DNA from: a virus
Lineage: Duplodnaviria; Caudoviricetes
Virus record (IMG/VR): IMGVR_UViG_3300025071_000024
Span: 1-34,381 of that record
DNA: 34,381 nucleotides
Strand: one strand, 5' to 3'
Of this stretch, positions 18,079-28,900 are shown in pieces. Every line of letters starts with the position of its first letter. Position 1 is the stretch's first letter. Under the pieces are notes generated by a model. It did not search any database, was not told where the DNA came from, and worked only from the letters and a program-made list of their open reading frames with translations. Made by a program: the position numbers and the translations under genes.

Positions 18079-19650
18079 ATGCCAGTAGTGTTCAGTCCCG
18101 GTGAGCCGGAAACCCGGCCTCTTGACCCCACGGCAACAGTCTATACTACGGCTCAAAAAGTAGCAGACCTACTTGATATTGGACCAAGTGAAGCGATACT
18201 TGTAAGTGCTGATAGTGTATCCGATGGTGTATTTGTCACAGGTGGTGACTATAGAAATGATGGTTACGCAATAGGCGATACTATTCTAATATATTCCGAT
18301 GCTGACCCTTTAGGGTTAGAAAAAGTAATTACTGATATTTCATCTTCGGCTACTGGTGTAAAACTTGTATTCACAGGTACTTTTACCCACGCTGATTATC
18401 AAGTTGCTGATAATGCGTATGTACAAAATCAAGCATCTTTTACTAATGGTAGAACAAGAGGACTCACTAAAAATAAAGTTGATAAAGTAATCTTAAAAAT
18501 GCAAGATAAAATAGACAATATTACCCGTAATGCTTGGCGACCATATCTTGTTAGTGCTGAATATATTAACTTCGATACTTACAAACCATACAGGCGTAGA
18601 TACTATACTGATTATGTTGGAACTGCACCATTACTATTCCGAAATGTGCAACAAATTCTTAGGTTAGAATTATGGCAAGGAGATGATTATAGAGAGATAG
18701 GTGCGGCAGAAGTTCGTATACTAATACCGGAAGATGTAAGAGCGTTAAGTGGCTCAATAGTTATGTCACCCGGTAATGGTACAGCCGCTACTCTTTCATT
18801 AGGAACAGGTAGTAATCAATGGAGGGGAGATTTTGACTCAACGACTACAGCACAAAATCTTGCTGACCTCATCAATAAAGAAGATAGAGTCAATAAAACA
18901 GTAGTAGAGTTTTCACCTCCATTTCAATTAGAAGGTTCTACGGCTAATATAGGGGTTCATAATGAGTTTTTAGCAAGTGCTAACGCTGATTTAGGTACAG
19001 GAAAAGTAAAGGTTTCAAGTATGAGGTCAGTAAAGGCAGGTGAAAACTGTTCTATCGTATGTACTGATAGTAACATCAGTTTAGACCAAACAAAAAACCC
19101 CGATACTACTAGTACTTCGGTGTCTTCAACTACGGTCAATGTAGCCTCTACATCCGGTTTTGCTAAAGCCGGTGTATGTTTAGTAGGCTCGGAAGTATTT
19201 AGATACACAGGTGTAACTACCACATCATTTACTGGATGTGTTAATGTAATAGGTACTCCACTTACTACTATGGCTACAGGAACACACACTGTAAGTCAAC
19301 AGTTACTACGGGTAGACCTACAAGGTGGAAGTAGTAGCGGAGATGTAGGTAGACTTCGAGATTGGTGGCTCGACCCGGAAATGGGTATAATTTACTTTAA
19401 CAATTCTTATCCTTTCTTTGAATGGAATGCAATTAAAGTTGCATACATTTACGGTGAAAGATATTTAGAAAAGGCTATAGAAGATATATGCACTAAGATG
19501 GTAGCGATTGAATTACTTATGGCTGATGACCGTTCTGTGCTTATACCGGAAGGAACGCAAAATATAGATGTGGCTAGTAAAGTTCAATTATATCAAGCAG
19601 ATGTAGACCGCACAATAACAAAATATATTGAAATGGTTGTGTTTGAATGA
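18079..19650 (+). CDS. Head-tail adaptor/connector with inserted beta domains
   Basis: Connector-like N-terminus (YTTAQKVADLL...KMQDKIDNITRNAW) and C-terminus (IKVAYIYG...IEDICTKMVAIELL), with an inserted TTVNVASTSGF...GSEVFRYTG domain. Confidence 0.7.
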   Translation: MPVVFSPGEPETRPLDPTATVYTTAQKVADLLDIGPSEAILVSADSVSDGVFVTGGDYRNDGYAIGDTILIYSDADPLGLEKVITDISSSATGVKLVFTGTFTHADYQVADNAYVQNQASFTNGRTRGLTKNKVDKVILKMQDKIDNITRNAWRPYLVSAEYINFDTYKPYRRRYYTDYVGTAPLLFRNVQQILRLELWQGDDYREIGAAEVRILIPEDVRALSGSIVMSPGNGTAATLSLGTGSNQWRGDFDSTTTAQNLADLINKEDRVNKTVVEFSPPFQLEGSTANIGVHNEFLASANADLGTGKVKVSSMRSVKAGENCSIVCTDSNISLDQTKNPDTTSTSVSSTTVNVASTSGFAKAGVCLVGSEVFRYTGVTTTSFTGCVNVIGTPLTTMATGTHTVSQQLLRVDLQGGSSSGDVGRLRDWWLDPEMGIIYFNNSYPFFEWNAIKVAYIYGERYLEKAIEDICTKMVAIELLMADDRSVLIPEGTQNIDVASKVQLYQADVDRTITKYIEMVVFE

Positions 19651-20009
19651 AGGGTATTAGCGAGTTCAATAAATTCGGTGAACACTCTCACCAACAAATT
19701 ATTGAGATGTTCGAGAAAGATAAAAGATTTCAAGAAGAAAATAAAACTCTTTTTAGCAACAACCCAAATACTTTAAGAATTAGATTTAAACAAATAGAAG
19801 CAGGGGCGTTGGGCTTGAGAGAAGAAGATGATGGTAGTTATACTGATTTCAATAATAATACACCTGCTACAGAAAAACAACTTTCAACCTTAAAGAAACA
19901 AACTGATGAGGCTATGCTTAAGCAAAACCCCGATATGGATAGAGAAGGATTTAGATATAGAAACGGATTTATCATTCCTAAATCAATAAAGGATTTACAG
20001 AAGAAGTGA
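19647..20009 (+). CDS. Hypothetical neck-region protein
   Basis: ATGA overlap, located between the adaptor and the terminator. Confidence 0.7.
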   Translation: MKGISEFNKFGEHSHQQIIEMFEKDKRFQEENKTLFSNNPNTLRIRFKQIEAGALGLREEDDGSYTDFNNNTPATEKQLSTLKKQTDEAMLKQNPDMDREGFRYRNGFIIPKSIKDLQKK

Positions 20010-20013
20010 TACT

Positions 20014-20463
20014 ATGGTAGCAACATGGACAGAAGGTTTAGATGTTGTAATAGGGTTGTTTCAAACTAATTGGAATAGAGGCAACACAAGTGGTATTAGA
20101 CCGATTGTTATAGACATAGCCGAGGTACAACCCGAAAGAGGAAAGCGTCTTGACTTATCTCGGCATGATTATGTGTTATGTTACGAAACGGCACACAACG
20201 AAGAAGCCCCGGATTTACTCTACGATTTTGTAACAACACGCATAAATATAACCGTAGACATGCGAACAGTTAAGGGGAGAAAGCATCTGCAACAACTTGA
20301 GAACGAAGTTCGTAGAGTAATTCACAACAGTCGTAAGGGAGATGGAACTAATTTTGACAGGCTTGTATTCAAGACAAGAACCGATTTAAGTGATAGAAGC
20401 AAGCAACTTTTCCGAATGACATTCCAAATAGAAGTAGTAATATTAGCAGAACTAATACCGTGA
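20014..20463 (+). CDS. Putative tail terminator/completion protein
   Basis: 149 aa directly upstream of the tail tube, with the pattern INITVDMRT...LENEVRRVI...FRMTFQIEV. Confidence 0.65.
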   Translation: MVATWTEGLDVVIGLFQTNWNRGNTSGIRPIVIDIAEVQPERGKRLDLSRHDYVLCYETAHNEEAPDLLYDFVTTRINITVDMRTVKGRKHLQQLENEVRRVIHNSRKGDGTNFDRLVFKTRTDLSDRSKQLFRMTFQIEVVILAELIP

Positions 20464-20473
20464 GATGATTTAA

Positions 20474-22393
20474 ATGCCAAGTACAGTATACAAAGGAGAT
20501 ATAGCAGAAGTAACCTTTGCGCCCGAAACAGGTTTAACGATTAAAGGTACAGATGTAACAATGACACTTAGCCATAGTGATGATATAACTACAATTCGAT
20601 TTTCTTCCGAACAAAATACTACTTTGTTTGAAGCCAGTACACATAAATTACGATACCCAAAAAATATGCTTGTAGGTTCACAAGTGATATGGGAAAAAGG
20701 AAGTACAGGAAATGTAGTGGCTGATGCTGATTTACCTAATAGTGGTTCGGGCGGTAAAATATTTACTATTGTAGAAAATAGCGGTATTGATTTAAAAATT
20801 ACTCCGGCTATGACAACAAGTGCATTTGCTTTACATTCAAGTAATGCCTTACATATTCTTCCTTACAAAACACCACCAATTGAGGTGTCTTCTACTGAAG
20901 CCGCTACAGGTGCAGGTAATGGTGGTACTGAAGATTGTAAGATAGACCAATTTTTAGGTATCGCATCGGCTATCACTCTCCCCGAAACTAAAATAGATTT
21001 GAAAAGATACCATGTTGTGGGGCTTGGAAGAGATACTTCTATACAAGTACCGGGTAAAATAATTACCGAAGGTGGGTCTTTTGAAGTAAACATGCATACG
21101 GCAAGATGGTTGAAATACTGTCTTGGAAATGAATTGATGAGTAAAGCGCAGTTTGCTATAGATAGCGACCTTACACCAACTCTTTCAAATGCCACTTCTG
21201 TTGGGCAATCTAATATAGTGGTGAGTGCCGCAGGTGCAGATGTTGTACCGGGTACATATATTGAAATTCATGACAGTGCTACTGTTCCTATAGTAAGCGA
21301 CCATGAACCCGACGGAGGGGAATGGAATGGTAGTTTTACTCAAGGAAAGTTTGATACTGCGGCGGCAGTAGAAGTGCGAAGAATATTAGGTGTTAGTGAA
21401 AATGATAATACTTTATATTTAGATGAGCCTTTGAAATACGCTCACGCCGCAGGTACAACTTGTGAAATAAGAAAGTTTGGCGATGCTGATACTAACCCTG
21501 TGACAATTTCAAGTAATACAATTACTAATCCTATTACTCATTTATTATTTTCACGCTCTACACTACCTTCATTTTGCTTAGAAGTATCTCAAAGAAGAAG
21601 AGATTTAGATTCCGATGCATCTACTACAGACGGTGGAGTAGGAGATACTAAAGAATTGACTCGTGTATATCGAGGTTGTAAAGTAACTGATTTTTCAATG
21701 ACTACAGATAATGATGCCGCAGTAAGATTATCAGTTAATTTTAATTCAGCACTTTGTTATACGGATACAGGCCGTTTAGAAGCAACACCTCTTACAAGAT
21801 ACGGCGCACACCGTATGTTTGATGATACCGCTAATACTGATTTAAAAAGACTTGAATCCGGTATTGGTGTAGGAACTCAAAAACCATTTATGTTTTACAA
21901 TGGTAGTATACAACTTGGTGGCGTACAAGTCGCTCAAATCTTTTCATTCACACTCAATGGAACTACCGGTATGGTTGGACATCATACTATAGCAGGTTCA
22001 TCTCAAGCGGCGGCCAGTACTGCAACAGACCAAGTACCGTTTGCAGGTTCAAGAAATGTAAGTTTAATGGTAGAAGGTCAAACAACTTATGACATGACCA
22101 TAGAAATCGCTGTAGACGACCCTGTATTTTTCCATAAGATGAGAACAGGTACAGAATTTAGCACTAATACAGATGGTACTGGTGCGAATAGAGTTCTTAT
22201 AGAGTTTGAAAAGAACCGTATAGGTAGCACTAGCGCAGGTAATAGTGAAAAGATGTTATTAATAGTTGATGACTTCTATATTGTAGAAGCACCTATACAA
22301 ATACCGGAAGATAAAGGTATAGTGAAGTCTACTTTAAGAATAATGCCTAAAGCAGTAAAGGTTATCGCTCGTGATACACTACACAAATATTGA
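20474..22393 (+). CDS. Major tail tube protein with inserted domains
   Basis: Tube-like segments GGSFEVN...WLKYCLG, LPSFCLEV, YRGCKVTDFSMT...LSVNF and FSFTLNG...YDMTIEI. Lies upstream of the chaperone and TMP genes. Confidence 0.75.
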   Translation: MPSTVYKGDIAEVTFAPETGLTIKGTDVTMTLSHSDDITTIRFSSEQNTTLFEASTHKLRYPKNMLVGSQVIWEKGSTGNVVADADLPNSGSGGKIFTIVENSGIDLKITPAMTTSAFALHSSNALHILPYKTPPIEVSSTEAATGAGNGGTEDCKIDQFLGIASAITLPETKIDLKRYHVVGLGRDTSIQVPGKIITEGGSFEVNMHTARWLKYCLGNELMSKAQFAIDSDLTPTLSNATSVGQSNIVVSAAGADVVPGTYIEIHDSATVPIVSDHEPDGGEWNGSFTQGKFDTAAAVEVRRILGVSENDNTLYLDEPLKYAHAAGTTCEIRKFGDADTNPVTISSNTITNPITHLLFSRSTLPSFCLEVSQRRRDLDSDASTTDGGVGDTKELTRVYRGCKVTDFSMTTDNDAAVRLSVNFNSALCYTDTGRLEATPLTRYGAHRMFDDTANTDLKRLESGIGVGTQKPFMFYNGSIQLGGVQVAQIFSFTLNGTTGMVGHHTIAGSSQAAASTATDQVPFAGSRNVSLMVEGQTTYDMTIEIAVDDPVFFHKMRTGTEFSTNTDGTGANRVLIEFEKNRIGSTSAGNSEKMLLIVDDFYIVEAPIQIPEDKGIVKSTLRIMPKAVKVIARDTLHKY

Positions 22394-22402
22394 GGTGAAG
22401 AA

Positions 22403-22909
22403 ATGAAAAAATCACTTATTAAATATAGAAGAATGGGCGCACTAAACTACGCTCGATGGGTATGTGAAACCAACGGTGTAGAGTTTGATGATAAGATGCT
22501 TGAACTTATGGCAAGACACGAAATAGAATCTTTTATCCAAGATAAATTAGACAACCCTCCTGTAGAAACTACCGAAGAAGAAATCAATCCTCTTGTACAA
22601 GAAGAGGTAATAAATCCATTCCCTGCTGATACTCAGCAATACGATTCCCTAAAAGTTACTGAATTAAAGGAACTTTGCAAGGAGAGAAATCTCCCTGTAT
22701 ATGGTACTAAAGCAGAACTTGTTTTGCGATTAAGGCAGAACGATGAAGGGATGACAACCGAGAAAGGTGAAACTGACGGCCTCGCAGAAGCGACCCCGGA
22801 TGTAGAGCCGGAAGCCCCTACCGAAGAGGTAGCCGCATCCAATGGAAGTGAAATAGATGACCAAACCACAGATAGTGAAGAACAAGAGCCTATTATTGAA
22901 GAACAATGA
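22403..22909 (+). CDS. SAP-domain protein with an acidic tail
   Basis: YDSLKVTELKELCKERNLPVYGTKAELVLRL is a canonical SAP motif. GAGGTGA SD. Confidence 0.88.
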   Translation: MKKSLIKYRRMGALNYARWVCETNGVEFDDKMLELMARHEIESFIQDKLDNPPVETTEEEINPLVQEEVINPFPADTQQYDSLKVTELKELCKERNLPVYGTKAELVLRLRQNDEGMTTEKGETDGLAEATPDVEPEAPTEEVAASNGSEIDDQTTDSEEQEPIIEEQ

Positions 22910-23231
22910 TGTAATTAGACATGAAATTAGGGTAGACCCTAATGATGAAAGTCTAATTATGGAAGTATATGTAAGAGATGTATCTTTCTTAGATATACAA
23001 GAAGCCGCCCAAGAAATGTTTGTAATTAACAAGGGCGATGTTACAATGAACTTGAAAGGATATTGGAAGTTTGCATTTTCTAATTGGATAACTGAAACCA
23101 ATCCGGCTTTAACATCCGGTGAATTAATTTCCCTTAGTGGGTATGTTGGTGACCAAATTACTAAGGTCTTACCACAACCTAACGAAATTGCGGAGGCTTT
23201 GCAGGGGGGGTTTACAACGCCGAAAAGGTGA
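22857..23231 (+). CDS. Tail assembly chaperone (lambda gpG-like)
   Basis: Lies between the tube and TMP genes and ends just after a G7 slippery run. Confidence 0.7.
   Translation: MTKPQIVKNKSLLLKNNDVIRHEIRVDPNDESLIMEVYVRDVSFLDIQEAAQEMFVINKGDVTMNLKGYWKFAFSNWITETNPALTSGELISLSGYVGDQITKVLPQPNEIAEALQGGFTTPKR
23204..23213 (+). promoter_or_regulatory. Putative programmed -1 ribosomal frameshift site (G GGG GGG TTT)
   Basis: Zero-frame codons CAG GGG GGG TTT. The -1 frame (GGG GGG GTT TAC AAC GCC GAA AAG GTG...) stays open to the stop at 23503. Confidence 0.75.
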
Positions 23232-23503
23232 AGGTGCGTAAATTCCTCGACAAAAAACAGTACACAGAAGTTGAGGATTTAACCCTTCAAGCGGAGTTAT
23301 ACGCTTATATTGTAGCATCACATTACGGGGTATCACTCCACGATGTTTACAACATGCCTTTACCGATATTCCAACAATCATTAACATGGGCCTTAGCCGT
23401 AAAAGAACACAAAGACAAAAAACGAAAAGTAGAAAAGCAAAAATCAAAAGCAGGGGATAGAGAAGTGGTTGGATTAGATTATTCATTTTTGGATTGGGAG
23501 TGA
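23204..23503 (+). CDS. Frameshift extension of the tail chaperone (gpT-like)
   Basis: -1 frame relative to the chaperone, with a gpT-like pattern YIVASHYGVSLHDVYNMPL. Confidence 0.7.
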   Translation, partial: GGVYNAEKVKVRKFLDKKQYTEVEDLTLQAELYAYIVASHYGVSLHDVYNMPLPIFQQSLTWALAVKEHKDKKRKVEKQKSKAGDREVVGLDYSFLDWE

Positions 23504-23507
23504 TTAG

Positions 23508-24530
23508 ATGGCAGTAGGCGGTGGTGCATTAATAGCATTAATGACTAATTTAGGGGGTCTTGTTAGTAAGATTGGTCCGGCATTTCAAGCAATAGGCCAA
23601 ATAGCAGGTAAAGTATGGGAAGCGATTAAAGGATTTGTTAATAAATATTTTATTGAACCATTGAAAGATACTTGGGATTGGTTGAAGGGTGCTTGGAAAG
23701 ACTTGAAAAGTTGGGCAAGCGATGCTTGGGAGTCAATTAAAGGATGGATTGATGATTGGTTTATTGAACCATTAGAAGGTTTCTTTGATTGGCTTAGTGG
23801 GATTTGGGAAGACATTAAATCATTTGCTAGTGATTGTTGGGATGGTATTGGTAGTCTTTTTAATGAATATGTAACTAAACCAATAGAAGGTTTCTTTGAT
23901 TGGCTTGGTGGTGCTTGGGATACTATTTCCGAAGGTGCAAAAAATGCATATAGTGCCGCAGGTGACGCTATAGATGAATATATTTTAGAGCCTACTAGTA
24001 ACGCTATAGACGCTATAGGTTCAGCATTATCAAGTGTGGCTGATACAATAATTGGGGCTTTTAGTGCCGCATTCAACTTTATTAAAGATGGATTTAACAG
24101 TGTTATTAATTTTATAATAGATTTATTACAACCTATAATTGATGCAGTTGAAGATATGGCTGATAAATTAGGTGGTGTAGTAGATACAGTCAAAGGTGGT
24201 GTTAAAAAAGGCTTTGGTGGTGCTAAAAAAGTTGGTGGTAAATTAAAAGGTTTGGTAGGACTTTCCGAAGGTGGTGTTATGTCCGGTCCTATGGGTGGTT
24301 ACCCCGCTATGCTTCACGGCACAGAAGCAATAGTACCGTTATCGGGTGGTCGTTCTATACCTGTAGAAATGAAAGGTGGTGGGGGCGGTAGTAGTTTCAA
24401 CATTACTGTCAACGCCGGTGGTATTACCGATAGAACAGACAAGAGAGCATTGGCTCGTGAGATAGGTAATATGATTCAACAAGAAGTCGCTCGCTCTATT
24501 GGCGGTGCTACACACAGGGGGCGATTCTAA
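23508..24530 (+). CDS. Tail tape measure protein (short, 340 aa)
   Basis: Follows the chaperone pair. Amphipathic helical repeats with periodic Trp/Phe and a TMP-type C-terminus GGVMSGP...AMLHGTEAIVPL...SFNITVN. Confidence 0.85.
   Translation: MAVGGGALIALMTNLGGLVSKIGPAFQAIGQIAGKVWEAIKGFVNKYFIEPLKDTWDWLKGAWKDLKSWASDAWESIKGWIDDWFIEPLEGFFDWLSGIWEDIKSFASDCWDGIGSLFNEYVTKPIEGFFDWLGGAWDTISEGAKNAYSAAGDAIDEYILEPTSNAIDAIGSALSSVADTIIGAFSAAFNFIKDGFNSVINFIIDLLQPIIDAVEDMADKLGGVVDTVKGGVKKGFGGAKKVGGKLKGLVGLSEGGVMSGPMGGYPAMLHGTEAIVPLSGGRSIPVEMKGGGGGSSFNITVNAGGITDRTDKRALAREIGNMIQQEVARSIGGATHRGRF
23646..24040 (+). repeat. 111-bp (37-aa) degenerate tandem repeat in the TMP, about 3.5 copies
   Basis: ttattgaacca at 23650 and 23761, taactaaacca at 23872 and ttttagagcct at 23983. 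Confidence 0.85.
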
Positions 24531-25915
24531 TGTCACAAAATATACCTGTTAGGTTTGTTAGAGCCGATGGTGAAACTATACAATTACCTGTTACAACTGT
24601 TACTTTAGATGTAGACAGAAATTTTAACGCTACACCTTTAATTTTCATGGGTAGTGATAGAATGGCTACGGACTTTAATCTTTCAAGGGCTGTTATATTA
24701 TTAGAAGGTGTATTCACTGATGACGATTTAATGAGCATAGGTAGCGCAACAAGTTCAACAGCCGTGATAGATTTTTCACGAGTGGAACCGGTGGCAGGTA
24801 GAGGATACTATGGAGAATTTAACTCAATGTTAGGAACTGTAGCAAGATTTGACCATGAAAATATGATAAACGATGGTTTTGGTACTCTTACTGTAGGTGA
24901 TATTGCAAACCTTGAAACTCCAATTAAACTAAAAAACACAGCAGGTGTTGAATTTGATTTATATGCATCAAAAAGTGAACTTTCTCATGCTTTAGATAGT
25001 GGAAGTAGTAGGTATCATTTTTCAATAGCAACTACTAATGGTGTACAAACAACCAACACACTTGTTGGTGGTAGCGGTTATAGTATTGCAAATGATGTTG
25101 CGGTGAGTGGTGGGGCAGGAACAGATTGTAAAGTAAACATTACAGGTGTGAATAGTGGTGCAATTACATCTTTTGAAATTGCTCACCCCGGTAAAAATTT
25201 TGTTGTAGGAAATACATTAACAATAGCCGGTGGTAGTAGTGGTACATTCAATGTAGCATCTGTTGGTACTGCTCTAACGGCTGAACAAATGGCAACAAAT
25301 CTTGTTAAATTAATTAATGATACTGGTTTAACACCTCCCATTACAGGATTTTCTGCTACTAGAGTAACTTCACCAAATAGTAGTGAGCCTAATACTGCTG
25401 TTAAAATTACTCAAACTGTAGCAGGTAAAGATGGTAATAGCGGCACTCCTAAACTTAATAATTTTAAATTTGGTACTTACACACCTAATTTTACTACATT
25501 CAAAGGTGGAAGTGACCAAGGTGGTATATTTCACGGCATGAGTGCAGGTGATAAAGTAATGTCACTTTATGGTACATTAAATAACTCTAAAAATAATAAA
25601 GGGTTACAGAAAAAAGATAAATTTGGTGATTATATTATTGGTATTCAAATACCATTTAACTCAAGTATAAAGGCCACTGGTAGTAATAAATATGAACCTG
25701 TAAACTTTTTTATGCCTACAGGTAGGTTTGAAACCTTAGAAAGTAAAAGTGTAGAAGATGCAGTATCCGCTTCTACTAAACCCGATGAACCCGATAGTAA
25801 TAACGATAGGTCATTTATCAAAGGCGGTATTACTAAGGCTACTTTTGTACAAGTAGGTGGTGAACCTGTTTATTCATTTAACATTCAATTTATTCCGGCA
25901 AGTTACATAATATGA
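24530..25915 (+). CDS. Distal tail/baseplate hub-like protein with inserted domains
   Basis: TAATG coupling to the TMP. Short conserved-looking N- and C-terminal beta segments flank insertions that include a GGSGY...GAITSFEIAHPG repeat. Confidence 0.6.
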   Translation: MSQNIPVRFVRADGETIQLPVTTVTLDVDRNFNATPLIFMGSDRMATDFNLSRAVILLEGVFTDDDLMSIGSATSSTAVIDFSRVEPVAGRGYYGEFNSMLGTVARFDHENMINDGFGTLTVGDIANLETPIKLKNTAGVEFDLYASKSELSHALDSGSSRYHFSIATTNGVQTTNTLVGGSGYSIANDVAVSGGAGTDCKVNITGVNSGAITSFEIAHPGKNFVVGNTLTIAGGSSGTFNVASVGTALTAEQMATNLVKLINDTGLTPPITGFSATRVTSPNSSEPNTAVKITQTVAGKDGNSGTPKLNNFKFGTYTPNFTTFKGGSDQGGIFHGMSAGDKVMSLYGTLNNSKNNKGLQKKDKFGDYIIGIQIPFNSSIKATGSNKYEPVNFFMPTGRFETLESKSVEDAVSASTKPDEPDSNNDRSFIKGGITKATFVQVGGEPVYSFNIQFIPASYII

Positions 25916-25924
25916 GGTGAAAAG

Positions 25925-28900
25925 TTGGTAGCAATAGGTAGGTCAAGTCACGCTTTCTTTTTTGATGGTGTAAGTGAATCTATTATTGTACCTCAAGGTA
26001 GATTTACTAAACTCGGTGATAATGCATCTGTTGGAACTACAAACACTAAAACAAAGAAAACACCATCCGATATTTTATCAAAAACAGGTTACGGTAAAGA
26101 TGAAACTACAAAAATAAATAGTAGATTTGATAATCAATTCACCGTTGAGGCTTGGGTTGTTCCCGACTGTGGAGGTGTAATTGTTGAAAGACAAGGGCAA
26201 TTCCTCTTAGAATTAGGTACAGTAGATACACCCGGACCCGCAAAGTTTACAGTATTTTTAGATACTACAGATGGTACTAAAAAATTTACACTTACTACCG
26301 CTAGTAATGCAACTACAAGATGGAGTGGTGTGGTATATCCCGAACAAGATTATGGTGGTGTACATGATTCATATAACCGTTACGACTTAAGTACTTACAA
26401 TGATGCTACAAACTTAAACTTCAATCACAGACCATTGTATCACATAGTTGGTGCAGTAACAGATAGTGCTATTTCTTTGTTTATTAATGGTCAAGTGGTT
26501 ATATCTCAAACTCTACCTAATGATGCTTCAATAAGCGACTCTACTGCTCATGTGTATATAGGCGGAAAAGGTGGGGATTTTAGAGGGGCAATTGAGTCTA
26601 TTCACTTTGCTACTCAATTTGATGAGCAAGTAATAACTCCTAATGTTCCTATGGATGACCAAATTAGTTCTACGGCATTATATCGTTTTGAAGAACCATT
26701 AGATATAATAGAAGAAGAATATGAGTTTACTGCTTTTACTGCCGCATCTAATGGTACTACTACCACACTAACTATACCTGCTACTGACGCTCAAGCCTTA
26801 ATTAAAAGATTAACAGGTAAAGAATATGATGCAACGAGTGCAACAACAGACTTTACTTTAGCACCTCATAGTATGGGTAATTATGAAATCCATAATAATT
26901 TCACTGCACCAAACAATGTTGCTACATCATATCTACCCCATGTCCCGTATAACTTGATTATTAATCCGGGTGCTATTAATAGAAATACACAGAAACCTAA
27001 TCAAACTCCACCGGAAAGACTCCGTATATTGAGTATAAACGGCTCTACAGGTGTCATTACGGTAAACAGTATACATCTTGATTTTAATGTAGCATCAAGT
27101 GGCTCAAGAGGTATATTACACTCAAGAACTGCTAATGTAGATAACTACTTTGTAATTATTCCTGCTGATTTAGTTATTGATTTAGTCACTGGTAAACCAT
27201 ACCAACCACCTCATTTTAATACTCAAATTATAGACAAAACAGGTCAAATGGTTTTAGATGAAACAGATAATGAACAACACGGCATAGTATATTCTAGTCA
27301 AATGGCTACAACAACATCTCACCCTAACAACCCATTTGCTGTTACATGGCCGTCTACTTTAGATGTTAATTATCAAATAGGTCACAGTGGTAGACATAAG
27401 TTTTCACACATTAAGGGTCATGAATATATGAGAAGATACCCAAGACCTACATCATTACAGATAGACCAAGTTATTAGCGGTTCAGCAGATATAGTTCAAA
27501 TGGACTATGAAAATACCGCTAGTGGTCTTCATCGTTTATTTAATACAAATGAACTTGCTGATTTTTACGATGAGAACTCTCAATCACCTATACAAAATAT
27601 AGTTAATAGCACTAAGGCATCATCGGTATTTACTAATGGTTTACCTGCATCGAAAGAAGAAATAATAGCAATAAGTATAGGTGACCATAAACCATTTATG
27701 CTCAAAGGGCCGATACCCGAAACTTACTCAAGAACTACTCTTACTACTGACGAAAGAGATTATCATATTCGCCCCGAAACAGAAAGTAGAATTGCTTTAC
27801 TTCATGTACCTACTTTACGCACTACACATAATTTAGCACCTTATGTTGAAATTCATTATAACGCTTTAGATTTATTAGGTGATTCAATGCAGACTCCTTC
27901 TGCTTCACCAACTCCTATGTTAATGGTAGAAAAAACTGTTCCAAAAGGTAGTACTATACTTACGGGAACTACTACTATTTTAGATGTTATAAAAGCCGAT
28001 TTAGCGAATGCAAGTAAAGACTCTACAATATATTCTCCCGGTGGATATATAGATTTAGATAGTGCGGTTGCTAATCAAAATGATTATTTTGAAAAAACTA
28101 ATAGTTTAGTTGGAGATAATGCCGGTGGTGCAGAATATGATTTTGAAATAAGTTACGACACTTCTCCAATAAATTACACCCCACCTAGCGATGTAAATGC
28201 TCAACCTGCCACTACTCCACAAGTAATTACTAGTTCACACAATAAAGGTACTCATCAATCGGTTTATCATAAATTATGTATAGAACCTATGAGTGTAGAT
28301 AAAGTAAACAAATTAGAAGATTTAGGTAATACGCAATTTAAGAAAAAGGCTGAAAAGGTCAATTCATCTCAAGGAGTATTTGATGTAGGTGGTATACATC
28401 AAGGTAGTCCTATATTTGAAATGTTTGATATTATAGATAATTTGTATATTGGTACTAAACATACATCTGCTCGTATATACATACAACCATCCAATCGAAG
28501 TAGAACTAATCAATTAGCAAAATTGCGTGATGGTGTAGAAAAAGGGGAAACAGCGAATATAATATCATTGTTCTATCTAATGAGTAGAACTAGAATAAGG
28601 TCAGTTAAACAAATAATTAGTACTGAAAGTAATAGTATGATAACTCAAGTTACTGCTAGTGGTATAGCGGAAGAGGCCATAAACGAAGATGTTACATTTA
28701 TGGGTAGCGGTTCACCGGATTCTCATGTAGTTAAAGAAATAGATATTGATGCACCGGTAATATCTGTAACTCTTGGTGGTCCGGGTCAAGGTGCTATTAA
28801 CACTAAACCAACATACGACCCAAGCCCGTTGATGAGATTACCCGGCTCTACAAGAAGAAGTTGTGCAGTACAAGCCGTATCTGTTTGTACATTAGATACT

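Noticed and set aside
23610-23745. VWEAIKG and DAWESIKG in the tape measure as further copies of the AWxxLK targeting motif
   Set aside because: They are explained by the ordinary Trp-periodic TMP repeat. This also shows that the motif can arise by chance in amphipathic helices.
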